A stretch of DNA of 64,000 bases from Nitrospirales bacterium. Its GTDB lineage: Bacteria; Nitrospirota; Nitrospiria; Nitrospirales; UBA8639. Below the pieces are notes generated by a model. It saw only the letters and a list, made by a program, of their open reading frames with translations. It was not told the DNA's origin and ran no database searches. Below are positions 46,879 through 56,251 of the stretch, piece by piece. Position 1 is the first letter of the stretch, and every line of letters starts with the position of its first letter. The stretch covers positions 594,654-658,653 of the forward strand of contig OZ245016.1 in assembly GCA_965223765.1 (NCBI GenBank), given 5' to 3'. The translations under genes and the position numbers were made by a program.

Positions 46879-47238
46879 GTGATACGCCATTGGCTAGTTC
46901 CCTTCCTTATTATATGTACCTTTCTCATGGGTTTATTCCTACCGTCCTGGGCCGAACAACCCGTCAACTTGACAGAGACTTTTGCCTTGCCAGCCGATCC
47001 TTTTTTCTTTCAGCCTGGCAAAGGCCAAGCAATAGCAAATACCTATTGCCTCATTTGCCACTCCGCCGATTACATCTATATGCAACCTAAGCATTCAAAA
47101 ACGAAATGGCAGGCGATCATCACCAAAATGCAACAGGTCTTCGGATGTCCCATCCCCGACGATCAGATTGGATCATTGGCTACTTACCTCTTCGAGCAGA
47201 ATACCGTAGCCATTTCGTCATCATCTTACTCGCGCTAA
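46879..47238 (+). CDS. sorB: monoheme cytochrome c subunit (SorB-like); start could be 46834
   Basis: CLICHSADY..MQP...W...I.KM...FGCPI directly after the SorA-like gene. Confidence 0.75.
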   Translation: MIRHWLVPFLIICTFLMGLFLPSWAEQPVNLTETFALPADPFFFQPGKGQAIANTYCLICHSADYIYMQPKHSKTKWQAIITKMQQVFGCPIPDDQIGSLATYLFEQNTVAISSSSYSR

Positions 47239-47351
47239 CGTCACCTACTTCGCAAGCTCATGAAGCCACCAACAAGTTGTCACCTCATTCGGATAGTCCG
47301 GGCCATAGCCAACCGGCTAAGAAGATCATAGCCCAGCGCACTGCTGTCGAT

Positions 47352-48583
47352 ACCCGTATGGTCAAAAGACTTATGCAGCTTGGCAGTAATAGTATTTCAA
47401 TAGACCACCCAACCTTTCCCGAGTACCAATCGTTTGACGGCCCCCACATTCTTTGTACACTAGCGGTATCAGCAACTCATTACCTTTGCCCTGGTGATTG
47501 CGTTCTTGATGATAGTGAACCGCATACTCTTTGAGCACCTGCCGAAGAGCACCCTCTCCAAATAAAATGACCTTAGACAAGGCTTCTTCCTTCACTGACC
47601 TCACCCATCGCTCTGCGTAGGCATTCAGATTCGGACTCCGTGGAGGAAGTTTGATCGATGTGACCTGAGCAGCTTTGAGTGTGTTCTGAAAGTTCACCCC
47701 GTACTTGGCATCTCGGTCATGGAGTAACCGTTGACCTGGAGCCAAGAATTCCCCTTCTGCCATGGTGACATTGCGTGCCATCTGAATCATCCATGCCGCA
47801 TTGGGGTTTGGTGTCAGGCCAGCAAGATGGACCTTGCGACTCTCTACCTGGATAAAAAACAAGATGTAATAGGTCACTAACCCACTCCTCGTCCAAACTT
47901 CCGCAGTAAAGAAATCAGTCGCGGCTAAGAGATCCCAGTGAGAACGAATAAACTCGGACCATGTGGTGGTTTTTTTTCGCTCTGCTATGGGAGGAAGGTG
48001 ATGCCGTCTTAAAATATTGCCGACTGTTTGGTCGTTAACACTATATCCAATATTCTTCAATACACCGACAATACGATCATACCCCCATGTGCGATTCTCT
48101 TCCGCCAATTGGACAATCAAGTCCTCAATGGCGGAATCAATCCGTGGCCTTCCTCTTTTGGAATGGTGCCTTGACCCATCGGACTTTTTCGCAATGAGTT
48201 TCCGATGCCAAGCCAGTAAAGTCGCCGGTTTCACCACTGATACGATTTCTGTTAGGGCCTGTTTTCCGAGCCGTTTACCAATTTCGGCCAGAGTGATGCG
48301 TTCCCTATCAGTGAGACGTACTCGGCCCGCTATCTGGTTGCGCAAAATACGGTTTTCTGCAACCAGATATTCATTTCGCGCCAACAGCTCTTGGTCAACA
48401 GTTCCTGTGATATAGGCCAGCAGTGTTTTCCACTCCATAGTTCCTCCGCTTGTTCATGTTCACGTTCTTGTTGATGTGGAGTATCCGGCATCAGGACGGG
48501 ACAGGACAAGCGTAAGGAAAGGGCTAGGGTAGCGAGAGAAATCCTGAGGAAACAACGCGTTCGAGTTTTTTGACCATACGAGT
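47352..48583 (-). mobile_element. IS-like element carrying an rve/integrase-core DDE transposase
   Basis: 16-bp TIRs ACCCGTATGGTCAAAA / TTTTGACCATACGAGT flanking ORF 47371..48438; no obvious TSD. Confidence 0.75.
47371..48438 (-). CDS. integrase-core (DDE) transposase
   Basis: ATDFFT, LLHDRDAKY, PRSPNLNAYAERWVRSVKEE, HYHQERNHQG, LGGLLKYY. Confidence 0.9.
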   Translation of the reverse strand: MEWKTLLAYITGTVDQELLARNEYLVAENRILRNQIAGRVRLTDRERITLAEIGKRLGKQALTEIVSVVKPATLLAWHRKLIAKKSDGSRHHSKRGRPRIDSAIEDLIVQLAEENRTWGYDRIVGVLKNIGYSVNDQTVGNILRRHHLPPIAERKKTTTWSEFIRSHWDLLAATDFFTAEVWTRSGLVTYYILFFIQVESRKVHLAGLTPNPNAAWMIQMARNVTMAEGEFLAPGQRLLHDRDAKYGVNFQNTLKAAQVTSIKLPPRSPNLNAYAERWVRSVKEEALSKVILFGEGALRQVLKEYAVHYHQERNHQGKGNELLIPLVYKECGGRQTIGTRERLGGLLKYYYCQAA

Positions 48584-48675
48584 CTGGCTCCGGCAGTCAC
48601 GCCTTTTAGAAATGCCTCTGCCTGTTTAGTTGCCAAGTGATAGTAGGCAATTGAACACACCCGTGCTATAAATGG

Positions 48676-48966
48676 ATGGAGAGTAACAGGCCATGGCTTT
48701 TGTCAGGAAGGACCACTCCCTGCGTGAGCACGCGTGAACACAATGAGCGGAAATTTCCCAACTGGCAGGAACTCACTGCCGGCAGACGACGGTATTGGCT
48801 AGATGTGCTCGGCCGTCACGGCTGGAAAGCCCGGTACGTGAAAGAGGTTGACGCCACGGAAGTGACAGTGCGATTTTATCAAGAAATCTACAACGAAGAG
48901 GGGGCCCTCGTCGAGGTGCACGAGAAGTATCCCATTGACCACGGCCATCAGAAGGTAAAACCATGA
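48676..48966 (+). CDS. small hypothetical protein (true start possibly GTG near 48725)
   Basis: ATGA overlap with the next gene; YWLDV.GRHGWKARYVKEVD...FYQEIY. Confidence 0.65.
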   Translation: MESNRPWLLSGRTTPCVSTREHNERKFPNWQELTAGRRRYWLDVLGRHGWKARYVKEVDATEVTVRFYQEIYNEEGALVEVHEKYPIDHGHQKVKP

Positions 48967-49229
48967 ACCAGATCATTACTCGGCAAATTGTTGCAGACCA
49001 ACTCGCCGCCTACCTCCAGCATGAGCTGTCGCTCCCTGAACTCGTGACCTGGGCCGAATCAACACTGATGGAGGGGGAGTTTGAGTCGGAACATCTCACG
49101 GCCATTCGCGATGTGGTGGCCCGCCTCGGCGTGGCCGACGTCCGGGCTTTCGGCCTGACCTGGGACGACTGCGAGCAACTCCTGAAGCAGCTCGGGTATG
49201 CAGCGCATGTCCACATCGAAGTTGCGTAA
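48963..49229 (+). CDS. small acidic helical hypothetical protein
   Basis: 88 aa, translationally coupled to the upstream ORF. Confidence 0.7.
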   Translation: MNQIITRQIVADQLAAYLQHELSLPELVTWAESTLMEGEFESEHLTAIRDVVARLGVADVRAFGLTWDDCEQLLKQLGYAAHVHIEVA

Positions 49230-49367
49230 TCCTCATTGAGGACACGCCCGGCTCTCCGCTTCGAACCACCGCGCTTGCCGGTTTTCGCCAGTATCTCCCA
49301 ACACAATACATGCTTCCCTTTTTAGTTGCGTGGTTTCATTCAATCTATGTGCGTGTCGTTTCTTTCA

Positions 49368-49470
49368 GGGCGGCGGCCGAGGGCGGAGCGGAGGCCCGCA
49401 TCGGGCCGCAGCCGTCCGCAGGCCGACAGGGGGCGGGCGACTGAGTCGCCTCGAGGCTGAGCCAACAAGG
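49368..49470. repeat. GC-rich repeat R, copy 1
   Basis: 65-nt core 49406..49470 matches 51376..51440 with 1 mismatch; contains GGCGACT-G-AGTCGCC palindrome. Confidence 0.85.
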
Positions 49471-50619
49471 TGTCCCTTCTATTTATCCATCCATCGTCCT
49501 CAAATAGCCCTCTAGTCCTCACGCCGCGCGGCGAGTATACCTGTGGTGCAAGCCTCCGACCATCGGAATGGCGTTGATCTTCCCCATTTCGAGTGTCTCG
49601 TTCTCTCGTTCTTCTGGGGCATCTTTATTGAGAGAAAGATGAGTCCGACTCCCGTGGTAATACGCCAAATAACTTCGTAAGATCCGATGAAGGTGCGATG
49701 TGTTCAAGATGATCAGATGGTCGAGACACTCTCGGCGCACTGAGCCAATGAGTCGCTCGACATACGGATTCTGCCACGGGGATCGTGGAGCGGTGCACAC
49801 TTGCTCAATACCCATTCCATCAACCCTGCGCCGAAATGCACTCCCGTAGATGCTATCCCGATCCCGCAAGACATACGTTGGAGCCGTGTCATAGGGAAAG
49901 GCCTCAACAATCTGTTGGGCCGTCCATTCAGCCGTGGGATGTTCAGTAATGGCGAAATGCAGTACTGACCGCCGCTCATGGGACACCACCAGAAAAACAT
50001 AAAGCACACGAAACGTCGCCGTGGGAACAGTCAAAAAATCCATGGAGACCAGGTCAGGCGCATGATTCTTCAGAAAAGTCTTCCATGATTGAGAGGGAGG
50101 CTTCCGAGGCCGAATCATGTATTTGGAGACGGTGGCTTGTGAGAGATGAATGTCGAGCTTCAGTAGCTCCCCGTGAATCCGCGGGGCTCCCCACAACGGA
50201 TTGGCCTGACTCATATTTCGGATAAGTTCCTTGACCTTTGGATCAATAAAGGGCCGTCCGAGCTTTTCGCCTCGACTTTTCCAGATCCAGAAGAGTCGGA
50301 ACCCCTGCCGGGGCCACCGGAGGACTGTCTGAGGTTGCACAATGATGAGGGCCTTAGACCAGTGACTCCAAAATTGTGAGGCCATGACCCAGAACAGTCG
50401 ATCAGCGCAAGTCAGTTGTGGGCGTTTAGCTGACCTCTTTAGCACCACCAACTGTTGCCGAAGCACAAGATTCTCGAAGAGCAGCTGCTGTCGAGTCTTA
50501 AAGACGGAGAGAAGCATGTTTCCAGCCCATTTCAGTATTGTCATCATGGCTGGAAATGGTGCCTGCGTAGACAAAAAATATTCAAGTATTTCAACATGGA
50601 TGAATTAATAGAAGGGACA
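49471..50619 (-). mobile_element. IS-like element (TG...CA), copy 1
   Basis: TIRs TGTCCCTTCTATTTATCCATC / GATGAATTAATAGAAGGGACA. Confidence 0.85.
49519..50574 (-). CDS. integrase-core (DDE) transposase
   Basis: NPLWGAPRIHGELLKL, SMDFLTV, LRDRDSIYG, SPWQNPYVERLIGSVRRECLDH. Confidence 0.9.
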   Translation of the reverse strand: MSTQAPFPAMMTILKWAGNMLLSVFKTRQQLLFENLVLRQQLVVLKRSAKRPQLTCADRLFWVMASQFWSHWSKALIIVQPQTVLRWPRQGFRLFWIWKSRGEKLGRPFIDPKVKELIRNMSQANPLWGAPRIHGELLKLDIHLSQATVSKYMIRPRKPPSQSWKTFLKNHAPDLVSMDFLTVPTATFRVLYVFLVVSHERRSVLHFAITEHPTAEWTAQQIVEAFPYDTAPTYVLRDRDSIYGSAFRRRVDGMGIEQVCTAPRSPWQNPYVERLIGSVRRECLDHLIILNTSHLHRILRSYLAYYHGSRTHLSLNKDAPEERENETLEMGKINAIPMVGGLHHRYTRRAA

Positions 50620-50710
50620 CTCTTCGTGCCCTCGAAGCAGGACTTGCATTTGTCCTAATTTTCTTGTAGTTCTGTACCAACAGGCCCCAACACTTTCAGG
50701 AGGATACCCT

Positions 50711-50932
50711 ATGACCCGTCTTGAACAACTGGTGAAAGAACTCCCTCCCAATCTGCAACGTGAGGTCGAAGACTTCGCGCAGTTTTTAGTGGACAAGCGC
50801 CACGCTCCTCCCCCACGCCGGTTTCTGCAGCAAGACTGGGCGGGAGGCTTGCGGGAGTTTCGTGAGCAATATTCCGCCTTGGACCTCCAACGGCAAGGCC
50901 TGGCGTGGCGTGGCAATGCCTCATGTACTTGA
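50711..50932 (+). CDS. DUF2281-like antitoxin
   Basis: LPPNLQREVEDFAQFL...QDWAGGLREFREQYSALDLQ; AGGAGG RBS; overlaps the PIN gene. Confidence 0.75.
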   Translation: MTRLEQLVKELPPNLQREVEDFAQFLVDKRHAPPPRRFLQQDWAGGLREFREQYSALDLQRQGLAWRGNASCT

Positions 50933-51318
50933 TTGATACCAACATCTGGCTGGAACGCCTCCTGGACCAAGCCCAAGCGCCTGCCGTCGGGCAATTCCTC
51001 GCTCAAACGCCCACCGATACGTTGTTTCTCACCGACTTTGCCTTACATTCCCTGGCCGTCATTCTCTTGCGTCTGAAGCAACCTGAGGTCTGGCGCATGT
51101 TCTTACAGGACACCATGATTCAGGGTCGGGTCGGCGTGCTCTCCCTGACATCGGATGAGTTAGTGCCCCTTCATGCCGTCATGACGCAACACGGGTTAGA
51201 CTTTGACGATGCCTACCAATATGCCGTCGCCGAACGCGACGCGCTCACCCTCGTGAGTTTCGATACCGACTTTGATCGAACCCCGCGGGGCCGCAAGATA
51301 CCCGCCGATCTTCTCTAA
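50923..51318 (+). CDS. vapC: PIN-domain VapC-like toxin
   Basis: MYLIDTNIWLE, LDFDDAYQY, LVSFDTDFD. Confidence 0.85.
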   Translation: MYLIDTNIWLERLLDQAQAPAVGQFLAQTPTDTLFLTDFALHSLAVILLRLKQPEVWRMFLQDTMIQGRVGVLSLTSDELVPLHAVMTQHGLDFDDAYQYAVAERDALTLVSFDTDFDRTPRGRKIPADLL

Positions 51319-51355
51319 CCTTCTTATCCATTTATTCTTTCTTTAGTGGCTCTTG

Positions 51356-51440
51356 GGGCGGCGGCCAGCCGCTGACCGCAGCCGTCCGTAGGCCGACAGG
51401 GGGCGGGCGACTGAGTCGCCTCGAGGCTGAGCCAACAAGG
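51356..51440. repeat. GC-rich repeat R, copy 2
   Basis: near-identical to the core of copy 1; again directly abuts the IS end. Confidence 0.85.
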
Positions 51441-51686
51441 TGTCCCTTCTATTTATTATCCATCCATCGTCCTCAAATAGCCCTCTAGTCCTCACGCCGC
51501 GCGGCGAGTATACCTGTGGTGCAAGCCTCCGACCATCGGAATGGCGTTGATCTTCCCCATTTCGAGTGTCTCGTTCTCTCGTTCTTCTGGGGCATCTTTA
51601 TTGAGAGAAAGATGAGTCCGACTCCCATGGTAATACGCCAAATAACTTCGTAAGATCCGATGAAGGTGTGAGGTTGCCCCTCTTTA

Positions 51687-52043
51687 GTGGACCCCAGGAA
51701 GTATGGTAGGAAGGGTTCACTAAAACAGGAGGGAGACAAGATGCAGACCATTCCGCATCGACAGTACACGAAGGAATTCCAGGACGCGGCGGTGAATCAA
51801 GTTCTGGAAGGGGGCCGCTCGCTTGCCGAGGTGGCCCGCCGTTTGGAGATGTCCGACAAAACCTTGGGGAATTGGGTTCGACGTGTGCGGCGTGGGCAAC
51901 CGCTCGCCCACGGAGGACGGCCACCTGAAGTGACGGACGTGCAGGCGGAGCTGTCCCGCCTGCGCACCGAAAACGCGCAGTTGAAGCTCGACCGGGAAAT
52001 CTTAAAAAAGGCGGCGGCGTACTTCGTGAGAGAGTCGCGGTGA
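51687..52043 (+). CDS. IS3 transposase OrfA (HTH); likely start 51741
   Basis: RQYTKEFQDAAV, SLAEVARRLEMSDKTLGNWV, EILKKAAAYF. Confidence 0.88.
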   Translation: MDPRKYGRKGSLKQEGDKMQTIPHRQYTKEFQDAAVNQVLEGGRSLAEVARRLEMSDKTLGNWVRRVRRGQPLAHGGRPPEVTDVQAELSRLRTENAQLKLDREILKKAAAYFVRESR

Positions 52044-52888
52044 GGTACGCCTGGATTCAGCACGATCGCGACGTGTATCCGGTCGATCGGAGCTGTTTCT
52101 TATTTGGAGTGGCGCGCAGTGGGTATTATGCCTGGCAGGAGCGGCATCGTCGGCATCGGCAGTGTTACGGGAGTCCCCGCATGACAGCTGATCTGCGGGC
52201 CGCAGGGTGGCGAGTGAATCGGAAACGGATTGCTCGAGTAATGCGGCAGGCGGGCATCCGGGCTCGCGGACGCTGTCGGCGGCGGTATACCACCCAATCC
52301 CAGCATCCGTATCCGATCGCGCCCAATCGGTTAGCCCAACAATTTACCGTGGTCGCGCCCAATCGGGTCTGGGTGACTGACATCACCTATGTGGCGACGA
52401 AGGAAGGATGGGTGTATGTGGCACTCGTGCTGGACCTGTTTTCTCGGAAATTGGTGGGCTGGGCGCTGGAAGCTTTTGTCGATACGCGGTTAACGCTGGC
52501 CGCGTTGCGCATGGCCCTTGGCTGGCGACAGCCGGATACGACGCTCATGCATCACTCTGATCGAGGTGTGCAATATGCCGCGGCAGCCTATCGTACGGTG
52601 CTAGAAGGACACGGCATCACGCGCTCGATGAGCCGGAGAGGTAATTGTTATGATAATGCTCCGATGGAATCGGCCAATGGGACGTTGAAAACCGAACGGG
52701 TCTACCAGCAGCAGTACCAGACGCGAGCAGAAGCCAAAGCAGATCTCATCGAGTATATCGGGTATTACAACACAGAACGTCGCCATTCGGCATTAGGGTA
52801 TCTGAGTCCAGCAGAGTTTGAACGGCAGTGGCAGAGCCTCCAACAGCCAGCAGCGGCGCCGTCGACCGCCGAACAGGGGGATGCCTAG
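52040..52888 (+). CDS. IS3 transposase OrfB (DDE), apparently shortened near the N-terminus
   Basis: YGSPR, WVTDITY, HHSDRGVQY, GNCYDNAPMES, YNTERRHSALGYLSP. Confidence 0.88.
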   Translation: MRYAWIQHDRDVYPVDRSCFLFGVARSGYYAWQERHRRHRQCYGSPRMTADLRAAGWRVNRKRIARVMRQAGIRARGRCRRRYTTQSQHPYPIAPNRLAQQFTVVAPNRVWVTDITYVATKEGWVYVALVLDLFSRKLVGWALEAFVDTRLTLAALRMALGWRQPDTTLMHHSDRGVQYAAAAYRTVLEGHGITRSMSRRGNCYDNAPMESANGTLKTERVYQQQYQTRAEAKADLIEYIGYYNTERRHSALGYLSPAEFERQWQSLQQPAAAPSTAEQGDA

Positions 52889-53908
52889 GTATGGACCGAA
52901 GGGCGATCGCCCGTTATCGGGCAAATATGAAGGCCAAATTTTTCATGGAAACCTGGTGTCCACTTTTTGGGGGAAAGATCAGTGCGATGTGTTCAAGATG
53001 ATCAGATGGTCGAGACACTCTCGGCGCACTGAGCCAATGAGTCGCTCGACATACGGATTCTGCCACGGGGATCGTGGAGCGGTGCACACTTGCTCAATAC
53101 CCATTCCATCAACCCTGCGCCGAAATGCACTCCCGTAGATGCTATCCCGATCCCGCAAGACATACGTTGGAGCCGTGTCATAGGGAAAGGCCTCAACAAT
53201 CTGTTGGGCCGTCCATTCAGCCGTGGGATGTTCAGTAATGGCGAAATGCAGTACTGACCGCCGCTCATGGGACACCACCAGAAAAACATAAAGCACACGA
53301 AACGTCGCCGTGGGAACAGTCAAAAAATCCATGGAGACCAGGTCAGGCGCATGATTCTTCAGAAAAGTCTTCCATGATTGAGAGGGAGGCTTCCGAGGCC
53401 GAATCATGTATTTGGAGACGGTGGCTTGTGAGAGATGAATGTCGAGCTTCAGTAGCTCCCCGTGAATCCGCGGGGCTCCCCACAACGGATTGGCCTGACT
53501 CATATTTCGGATAAGTTCCTTGACCTTTGGATCAATAAAGGGCCGTCCGAGCTTTTCGCCTCGACTTTTCCAGATCCAGAAGAGTCGGAACCCCTGCCGG
53601 GGCCACCGGAGGACTGTCTGAGGTTGCACAATGATGAGGGCCTTAGACCAGTGACTCCAAAATTGTGAGGCCATGACCCAGAACAGTCGATCAGCACAAG
53701 TCAGTTGTGGTCGTTTAGCTGACCTCTTTAGCACCACCAACTGTTGCCGAAGCACAAAATTCTCGAAGAGCAGCTGACGTTGAGTCTTAAAGACAGAGAG
53801 AAGCATGTTTCCAGCCCATTTCAGTATTGTCATCATGGCTGGAAATGGTGCCTGCGTAGACAAAAACATTCAAGTATTTCAACGCAGATGAGTTAATAGA
53901 AGGGATAA

Positions 53909-54029
53909 GTCGACTACCTCAATAACCGTCCCAGGAAAACACGAGGGTATCGAACCCCCAACCAATTATTTCACAAGCACTTCGTCCCGCTGGTGGAGCA
54001 GGACATTGCACTTACTCCTTGAATTCAAG
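53909..54029 (+). pseudogene. 3' stub of an IS30-family transposase with right end
   Basis: translates VDYLNNRPRKTRGYRTPNQLF...IALTP*, followed by TGAATTCAAG. Confidence 0.7.
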
Positions 54030-54049
54030 TATGACCCCTTTTCCAAAAT

Positions 54050-54721
54050 CTAAAATCGAGAATCACACCAGTGCGATTGGGAGGTGTATTCTTGTGCACG
54101 GGCTCGAACCCCCCTCACGTAGGATTTTTGGTCTTGATCTGAAATTAATAATTCCAGTTCATCGAGTGCGTTTTTCGCCGCTTGATTGCACATATATGAA
54201 AGGCCGAAAACGGCAACTCTGAAGATCCCCCCTCTCCGGTCTTTAGCAATTTTCAACAGTACGGGCACGTCCTGGGGATCGTCAAACCGTGAAAGGGCAT
54301 CGACGGCATCCATGGCAAGGTCATTCTCCCGCGCTTCAATCAACGAACGTACATATTGATGCGCCTTTTCGAGATTCATGTCAATTCTTTCATTCATCTG
54401 TGCTTGAACCAAAATATCCACCATACTCACGCGGATGATCGGTTGGTGTATCACCTCCCACGGAAGACCGGGGTATTTATCTTTACGGGCCTCCCAAAGG
54501 TCTTGAATGAAGGGCAAGATTTCACCCTGGTCGTACGTGGCCTTTATCTCGTTCAGGGCCTGAAGAATTTGATACTGATTTTTCGTCTGTAATTCTTCAG
54601 TCAACGTGGGAACATCCCACGACCGTTCGCTTCGCTCTGGGGCAGCGATAGTCGTGTTGCTCACCAAATACGAAACAAGGAGGAGAGACAGACGCACTCC
54701 TAGTAGACTCTTGACGTTCAC
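54050..54721 (-). CDS. exported HEAT-repeat-like protein, candidate immunity protein
   Basis: signal peptide; AVDALSRFDDPQDVPVLLKIA...AVFGL. Confidence 0.6.
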   Translation of the reverse strand: MNVKSLLGVRLSLLLVSYLVSNTTIAAPERSERSWDVPTLTEELQTKNQYQILQALNEIKATYDQGEILPFIQDLWEARKDKYPGLPWEVIHQPIIRVSMVDILVQAQMNERIDMNLEKAHQYVRSLIEARENDLAMDAVDALSRFDDPQDVPVLLKIAKDRRGGIFRVAVFGLSYMCNQAAKNALDELELLISDQDQKSYVRGVRARAQEYTSQSHWCDSRF

Positions 54722-54818
54722 GAGAGCTCCTATCTGTTCCGAGAACCAAATCGACCGCTACCGGTATTAGGCTATGGGCCATGAGGGCTTGCCACTAAGC
54801 CATCCCGTTAGGGATTGT

Positions 54819-55100
54819 TCAGAAAGTCCCCCCGCCGCCAGTCTCCCTTACCTCATGTCGTTCAAAAGGCGTTGTCCGTATTAATCTTTCATGTCGGCCA
54901 AGAAACTGGTTAATTGTAATTGGAAATGTAAAAACTTCTTTCTCCCCACAGGGCCCCTCCTTTTCTTCTTTACATTCAAAAAATACATCCTGAAACTCCT
55001 TAATCACCTCGAACACGTTTTCCACTCCGATTGTCACTTCTATCGTAACACCTGTCAAGACTGCGGCTAAAGGGGAGGAAGACGTAAACAGAACAGGCAC
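54819..55100 (-). pseudogene. possible orphan toxin C-terminal remnant
   Basis: open frame without a good RBS, directly after a boundary motif and just before the candidate immunity gene. Confidence 0.35.
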
Positions 55101-55116
55101 GGAGCGAGGGGAGGAA

Positions 55117-55145
55117 CTATCTCATAAAACAAGTGACTTGACCCC
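55117..55145 (-). repeat. cassette-boundary motif copy
   Basis: plus strand CTATCTCATAAAACAAGTGACTTGACCCC. Confidence 0.55.
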
Positions 55146-55227
55146 CTATTCCACGCCTGCTAGCTACATAAACAAATCGACCTTCCGCAATATGAGGCGC
55201 AGTTAAAGAGGGCCAGAGATGTGGTGT

Positions 55228-55243
55228 TGCAAGACCTGACCCC
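55228..55243 (-). repeat. cassette-boundary motif copy
   Basis: plus strand TGCAAGACCTGACCCC. Confidence 0.55.
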
Positions 55244-55426
55244 AAGCGTTGTACTTTGCCTTTCTCGCCTCACCTTTTTCATGTTTTGGCAAATTTGCTG
55301 GATTTTTGTTTTTTGTGTGTTCAGAAGATTCAAACGTGGAAGGCACCTCGGCCCCACTCTCTGAGATAGAAGGGACAGGCAGCTTGAGGAGGCGAGCGGC
55401 TAAAGGCGAGAAAGTAGAGAGAATAT

Positions 55427-55448
55427 CATGAAGCAAGCAACCTGCCGC
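55427..55448 (-). repeat. cassette-boundary motif copy (degenerate)
   Basis: plus strand CATGAAGCAAGCAACCTGCCGC abutting the stop of 55449..55769. Confidence 0.5.
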
Positions 55449-55769
55449 TTATCCTTCTTTTGTTGGATAAAACGAGACAAATATCTCCTCATTTTTTTCC
55501 TCCCAATATGTTTGCATATTTTTATCCTTAGCATAGGTATAAATGCTCCAGAAGACAGACAGCCGTAGACATTTCCAAAAAAGGAAAAACTTTTTTATTT
55601 TAGATGGAGGACCTTCCGCAAGCTCACGAAAATCTTTTCCCCAAATCTTAGTTTTTTTTAACTTATTAACGATTGGCCCTTTTACTTGAACGACGAAAGG
55701 CTGTCCATTCTGAATAGCTTCATAGGCATGATCAAAAAAATTTTCCCCTGGATAAAAAATCGTTTCCAT
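55449..55769 (-). CDS. candidate immunity protein
   Basis: AT-rich 106-aa ORF starting 8 nt after the orphan Rhs C-terminal stop. Confidence 0.6.
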   Translation of the reverse strand: METIFYPGENFFDHAYEAIQNGQPFVVQVKGPIVNKLKKTKIWGKDFRELAEGPPSKIKKFFLFWKCLRLSVFWSIYTYAKDKNMQTYWEEKNEEIFVSFYPTKEG

Positions 55770-55777
55770 AATGACAT

Positions 55778-56251
55778 TTAACCTCCATCGCCATCCTCCC
55801 CACCACCTGAGGCAGCTGCTTCACACGCTACTTTTACAAGAAAGCAGGCCCCAACACACACTTTCTGAAATTTCTTTGGGCAAGCATTCTTGCAGCCTGC
55901 AAGACATTTTTCAAAAATACTTTGGCAGAAACCTCGTGAGCTTTTTGGTGGTTTCTTAACAGGAGGTTTGCTCCCCTTTGGTTCTTGAAGAGTACCACTT
56001 TTACTTTTGGATTGATCAGGATTTTTGGGATCAAACGTTTTTCCAGTCGTAGGATCATAGACCTTAACATCAGAAGACTTCCCTGAATTGCCCCCTTTTG
56101 AACTAGACGCCTGCCTACCGGTGGCATCAATGAGATTGACAGGATTGTTGCGCACATACCGGTAAAGATTCTTATCTGCTGAACTGAATTCGATGGGGTC
56201 TTCCCCAAGAAATCTTCCAGCATTCTGATCGAAGTACCGAGCTCTGTAGAA
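55778..56251 (-). pseudogene. orphan Rhs core end plus C-terminal toxin domain (Cys-rich tip)
   Basis: FYRARYFDQNAGRFLGEDPI...NLYRYVRNNPVNLIDATG, then a K/P/S-rich linker and CQSIFEKCLAGCKNAC...CVGAC. Confidence 0.8.

Larger units (their letters stand above)
51669..52981 (+). mobile_element. IS3-family insertion sequence
   Basis: TG...CA ends, imperfect 30-bp TIRs, 3-bp TSD GTG (51666-68 and 52982-84), A6G slippery site 52004..52010. Confidence 0.92.
51492..53869 (-). pseudogene. disrupted DDE transposase
   Basis: 5' part 52982..53869 and 3' part 51492..51668 are separated by the IS3 element. Confidence 0.85.
51441..53907 (-). mobile_element. IS-like element copy 2, interrupted by an IS3-family element
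   Basis: near-identical to 49471..50619 once 51669..52981 is removed; terminal CA changed to TA. Confidence 0.85.

Noticed and set aside
49229-51440. Integron attC sites after the small gene pairs
   Set aside because: TCTAAC at the vapC stop and GCCGCTGA...CGTAGGC look attC-like, but the two halves are not complementary, there is no GTTRRRY, and no IntI is present.
55366-55377. ATAGAAGGGACA, identical to the last 12 nt of the IS end
   Set aside because: There is no further flanking similarity, so it cannot be distinguished from chance or a tiny scar.
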